A stretch of DNA of 17,418 nucleotides from positions 1-17,418 of the forward strand of contig CATMOE010000067.1 of the NCBI GenBank assembly GCA_950072105.1, in the 5' to 3' direction. Position 1 is the stretch's first letter. Each line of letters begins with the position of its first letter. A model generated the notes under the pieces. The model was not told the origin of the DNA, made no database searches, and was given only the letters and a program-made list of their open reading frames with translations. This DNA is from an uncultured Dehalococcoidia bacterium. GTDB taxonomy: Bacteria; Chloroflexota; Dehalococcoidia; Lucifugimonadales; UBA3495. Made by a program: the position numbers and the translations under genes. Positions 14,430 to 17,418 of the stretch are shown here, in pieces.

Positions 14430-15488
14430 CTACAGGTTGAATTGGGGGTCGTTGTAGCCGGTGTCCTTCTCGTATATCTGCAACCGTCCCCGATGGGTGT
14501 CGCACACGATAAGCCGGTTGGTTGGCTGGTCGAAGATACAGGCTACCGGCATACGGAAGTAGTTCTGTACTTCCGGATTCTTGACCCGGCGCCGGGCCAG
14601 TCCCATGTCCGGGTTGGAGTTTATGGACATCTCCGCCCACTTGGATAGGCCCCGGGCTTCTCCCCTAAGGGTAGCCATGGTCTGGCCCTCGGCGTTGAAG
14701 ATGACTACCCGCTCGTTCATCCAGTCCACCACGTACACATCGCCCTCGCCGTCGACCGCCACTCCGGTGGGGTGGTTCAAATCGTTGGGGTTGGCTTCAA
14801 TCTCCCGAACCGTGGCATGCATGTACGGGGTGCCTCCATCGGGGGAGACCCCGGTGGAAATTCCCGAGCCGAAGGTGCGCAGATGGGTGCCGCCGGTGGA
14901 GAACTTCTGAACGCGATGGTTGTTCCAGTCGGCGATATATACATCGCCGTTGTTGTCGATGGTTATGCCCCAAGGCATGTCCAGTTCCCCTTCAGCGCTG
15001 CCCTTGACGCCGAATCCACCCAGGTGGTTGCCGTCTTTGGTGAATTTTTGGACGCGGCTGTTCAAGCTATTGACGATCCATATGTTGTCGTCGGCATCAA
15101 AGGCCAGGCCGGACGGTCCGCTGAGCTGACCCTCCCCATCTCCTGCCTCGCCCCAGGTGTTGAGCAGATTGCCGTCGGCGTCGAATATGGTTATGCGGTT
15201 GAGCCACTCGTCAGCGACGTAAACCCTTTCGTCCTGGTCCAAAACGATGGCGGTAAGCCAAGTAAATTGACCCTGCTCATCGCCCCCGCGCCCGAACTCG
15301 CTGATGAAGTCTTGGTCTATCGTCGCTTTGGTGATCCTCGGCGAAGCCCGGTTGGCGACGAACAACACGCCGTCCTTACCGGCGGCCACTCCCACCGGCT
15401 GACTAAATCCCATTCCTGCGGTGGCGCGCCGGCCCACATAGTGGCTGTACTGCCAGCATCTGCCTGGCGCTAGTGTTATCTCCGACAT
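14430..15488 (-). CDS. NHL-repeat (beta-propeller) protein
   Basis: Repeated units FSQPVGVA, LSGPSGLAFD..VQKF, LDMPWGITID..YIADWNNHRVQKF and LNHPTGVAVD..YVVDWMNERV. SD GGGAGG. No signal peptide. Confidence 0.9.
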   Translation of the reverse strand: MSEITLAPGRCWQYSHYVGRRATAGMGFSQPVGVAAGKDGVLFVANRASPRITKATIDQDFISEFGRGGDEQGQFTWLTAIVLDQDERVYVADEWLNRITIFDADGNLLNTWGEAGDGEGQLSGPSGLAFDADDNIWIVNSLNSRVQKFTKDGNHLGGFGVKGSAEGELDMPWGITIDNNGDVYIADWNNHRVQKFSTGGTHLRTFGSGISTGVSPDGGTPYMHATVREIEANPNDLNHPTGVAVDGEGDVYVVDWMNERVVIFNAEGQTMATLRGEARGLSKWAEMSINSNPDMGLARRRVKNPEVQNYFRMPVACIFDQPTNRLIVCDTHRGRLQIYEKDTGYNDPQFNL

Positions 15489-15571
15489 GTACCTTCCTCC
15501 CTTGCCTAAGTCAGGTTCTACCCGGAGACCATTCCGGCCTCTCAGGTCAGCTAGTCGTTTGATTGGACGGC

Positions 15572-16699
15572 CTAGAGGAAGCTGTGCTTCTCGAAGTCGC
15601 CGTTAACGATGGGCTTAGCGTCCAGACCGAAGTGGTCCTCGACCAGGGTGGTGTACAGGCCGCGGAAGTCGTAGTTGGGAACCAGGTCGCCCTGCTCCAG
15701 GTCCTCGGGCTTGCGCGACGGGTACTGGCCGTACATGCCGCCCTTAACCGTGTCGCCGATGGCGAAGGCCACGCCGGCTGCGCCGTGGTCCGTCCCCGAA
15801 CCATTGTCGCGAACCCGGCGTCCGAACTCGGAGAAGAGATACATCACTACGTTCTCACCCTCGCCGTGGGCGTGCAGGTCCTCGAAGAAGGCCGCGATGC
15901 CTTCGGAAACGTCCTGCCACAGCTTGGGGTGGGCAGCGGCCTCACCGGCGTGGGTGTCGAAGCTGGCGTGCTGGGTGTAGAAAATCCGCGTCCCCAGGTC
16001 AGCCAAGTGCACCTGGGCGATGTCCTTCAAGTGGGCCGCGATTGGGGAGTTGGGATACTCAACGCTGGAGGAATAAATCTCCGGCGCTACCTTTACGATG
16101 TCGGCGCCGGTCATGGCTTCCATGCCGGTGGAGCGCAGGTAATCGGTGACCATTCCCGAACCGATCGCCGGGGAGTACATCCGGGCGAACAGGTCAAGGG
16201 CCTTGCTGCGCTGGGTCTGGTCGGCGATGCCGGTAAGCACACCGTAGGTGCTCAGATCGGAGATGGCGGCGACGGGGACGCCGGGCACCACCAATGCGCG
16301 GGGCAGGCCGTGGCCGAAGTTGATGGCGGTCAATACGTTCTCTTTGTTGGGGTCCAGTTCCCGGGCCAAACGTCCGGCCCAGCCCTCGGTGCCAACCTTG
16401 TCCGGTTCGCAGGTGTGCCAGATGTCCATGGAGCGGAAATGGGACCTAGGGGAGTCGGCATAACCGACGCCGTGGAATATGGCGACCTTACCCTGGTCGT
16501 ACAGGCCCTTGATCGGACCCATGGTGGGCATGAAGCCCAGTTCATCGTCAATCTTGATGATCTGGTCCTGCTGGTACCCCACCGCCGGGCGGTTGTCGTA
16601 GTAAAGGGAGTCGTTGTAAGGAATCACCGTATTGAAATAGTCGTTGCCGCCGGTTAGCTGCAGTACGACGATGACCGGGTCTTTCTTGGTTGAGGTCAT
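15572..16699 (-). CDS. DUF1501 family protein, 375 aa
   Basis: VVLQLTGGND, RSHFRSMDIW, FDTH, SEFGRR, GTDHG and DFRGLY motifs. ATG 16699 has SD AGGAGA. It lies downstream of a DUF1800 gene, as is usual. Confidence 0.9.
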   Translation of the reverse strand: MTSTKKDPVIVVLQLTGGNDYFNTVIPYNDSLYYDNRPAVGYQQDQIIKIDDELGFMPTMGPIKGLYDQGKVAIFHGVGYADSPRSHFRSMDIWHTCEPDKVGTEGWAGRLARELDPNKENVLTAINFGHGLPRALVVPGVPVAAISDLSTYGVLTGIADQTQRSKALDLFARMYSPAIGSGMVTDYLRSTGMEAMTGADIVKVAPEIYSSSVEYPNSPIAAHLKDIAQVHLADLGTRIFYTQHASFDTHAGEAAAHPKLWQDVSEGIAAFFEDLHAHGEGENVVMYLFSEFGRRVRDNGSGTDHGAAGVAFAIGDTVKGGMYGQYPSRKPEDLEQGDLVPNYDFRGLYTTLVEDHFGLDAKPIVNGDFEKHSFL

Positions 16700-16725
16700 T
16701 CGATTTCTCCTTTTCCTTATTGAGT

Positions 16726-16806
16726 CCCTTCCCCCTTCATGGGGGAAGGCTAGGATGGGGGTGATACCCCCCACCTCAATCCTCCCCCACAAGGGGGGGA
16801 GGAGGC
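16726..16806. repeat. REP-like palindromic doublet: two related units in inverted orientation
   Basis: Hairpin CCTTCCCCC/GGGGGAAGG (16727-16749), central GGGGGT-GAT-ACCCCC, and hairpin TCCTCCCCC/GGGGGAGGA (16780-16803). The left unit read on the minus strand (CACCCCCATCCTAGCCTTCCCCCATGAAGGGGGAAGGG) resembles the right unit on the plus strand (CCCCCCACCTCAATCCTCCCCCACAAGGGGGGGAGGAGG). Confidence 0.75.
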
Positions 16807-16809
16807 TAT

Positions 16810-17418
16810 TTATCCAAACTGGTACTCGGTGGTGGCGCCGACCAGGGCCAGCATCTCGCCTACCCGGGTACCTGAGGCGCTTTCGTCGCTCCAGTTCATG
16901 TTGCCTTCGCTTTTGGCATGGTCCAGCAACTGGGACATCGTCACATCGCCAACTTCCAGGAAGCCCATATATTCCAGAGACGCTCCCACCAGTTCCTCGG
17001 GAGTGTTGACCCCATCGTCCTTGATCCGGTCGATGATTGTCTGTATGCCGGGAAGGCTGGTGTTGGCCACTCGGTCGGCCACGAAGTTGATCCGGGCCAG
17101 CAGGGAGCCGCTGTTGATCCATTCCTGTCCCGTGTACCAACCTTCAACGCTGGGCGGGTCAAGCAGAGACTGACCCATGTAAGTCGATTCGGGGCCGATG
17201 TCCGGGATGGTGGGCTCGGGGAGTTGATAGGTGCCGACCATTTTCAAAGTACTAGCTACCACTTCAGCCGGGCTCTTAATTTTGGAGTACCGGGCATTCT
17301 TGAAGAAGTCGGAGTTGAACATGGTACGGAGCACCGCTTTGATCTCGTAGCCCGACTCCTCGAAGGCGTTAATCATCATTTCCAGCGCGTCTTCGTCCCG
17401 GGCGTCCTGGATGGTCCA
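16810..17418 (-). CDS. DUF1800 family protein, C-terminal part (5' end beyond the window)
   Basis: IKAVLRTMFNSDFF, KIKSPAE, MGQSLLDPPSVEGW, WINSGSLLARINF and terminal EYQ motifs. The frame is open to the window edge, and DUF1501 is adjacent. Confidence 0.88.
   Translation of the reverse strand, partial: WTIQDARDEDALEMMINAFEESGYEIKAVLRTMFNSDFFKNARYSKIKSPAEVVASTLKMVGTYQLPEPTIPDIGPESTYMGQSLLDPPSVEGWYTGQEWINSGSLLARINFVADRVANTSLPGIQTIIDRIKDDGVNTPEELVGASLEYMGFLEVGDVTMSQLLDHAKSEGNMNWSDESASGTRVGEMLALVGATTEYQFG

Noticed and set aside
14772..15473. 233-aa plus-strand ORF with periodic features
   Set aside because: It is the antisense reading of the NHL repeats. The periodicity is protein-coding and is not a CRISPR array or DNA tandem repeat.
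15563..16657. 364-aa plus-strand ORF
   Set aside because: It is the antisense shadow of the GC-rich DUF1501 gene and has no recognisable motifs.
16700..17140. 147-aa N-terminal extension of DUF1501 in the ORF track (522 aa)
   Set aside because: It overlaps DUF1800 in another frame and runs through the palindromic repeat. ATG 16699 has a good SD and family motifs start there.

Overview
GC-rich bacterial chromosomal segment. The gene content (paralogous acyl-CoA dehydrogenases, a CoxMSL-like molybdoenzyme, an NHL-repeat protein, a DUF1800/DUF1501 pair and archaeal-type flagellins) suggests Chloroflexota, probably Dehalococcoidia/SAR202; this is an inference. From left to right: (1) a minus-strand two-component triad of a Cph1-like histidine kinase, an Rcp1-like receiver and a REC-HisKA hybrid kinase broken by a +1 frameshift; (2) a minus-strand xanthine-oxidase-family operon in M-S-L order that lacks the CO-dehydrogenase active-site motif; (3) two tandem plus-strand archaellin (ArlB/FlaB-type) genes, the first with an in-frame TAA and the second with a Glu inside the hydrophobic assembly helix, followed by a terminator; (4) an SDR; (5) a minus-strand operon with a near-consensus sigma70 promoter, four acyl-CoA dehydrogenase paralogues (one complete, one truncated, one degenerate, one beta-type) and an FNR/OXNAD1-like reductase; (6) DUF1800 (partial), a REP-like palindromic doublet, a DUF1501 protein without a Tat leader, and an NHL-repeat gene with a terminator. 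The most notable signal is the orphan archaellin pair in a bacterial context, with a Cys-bracketed hypervariable loop. Apparent decay is concentrated in these genes and in the signalling genes. No rRNA, tRNA, CRISPR array or transposase was seen.
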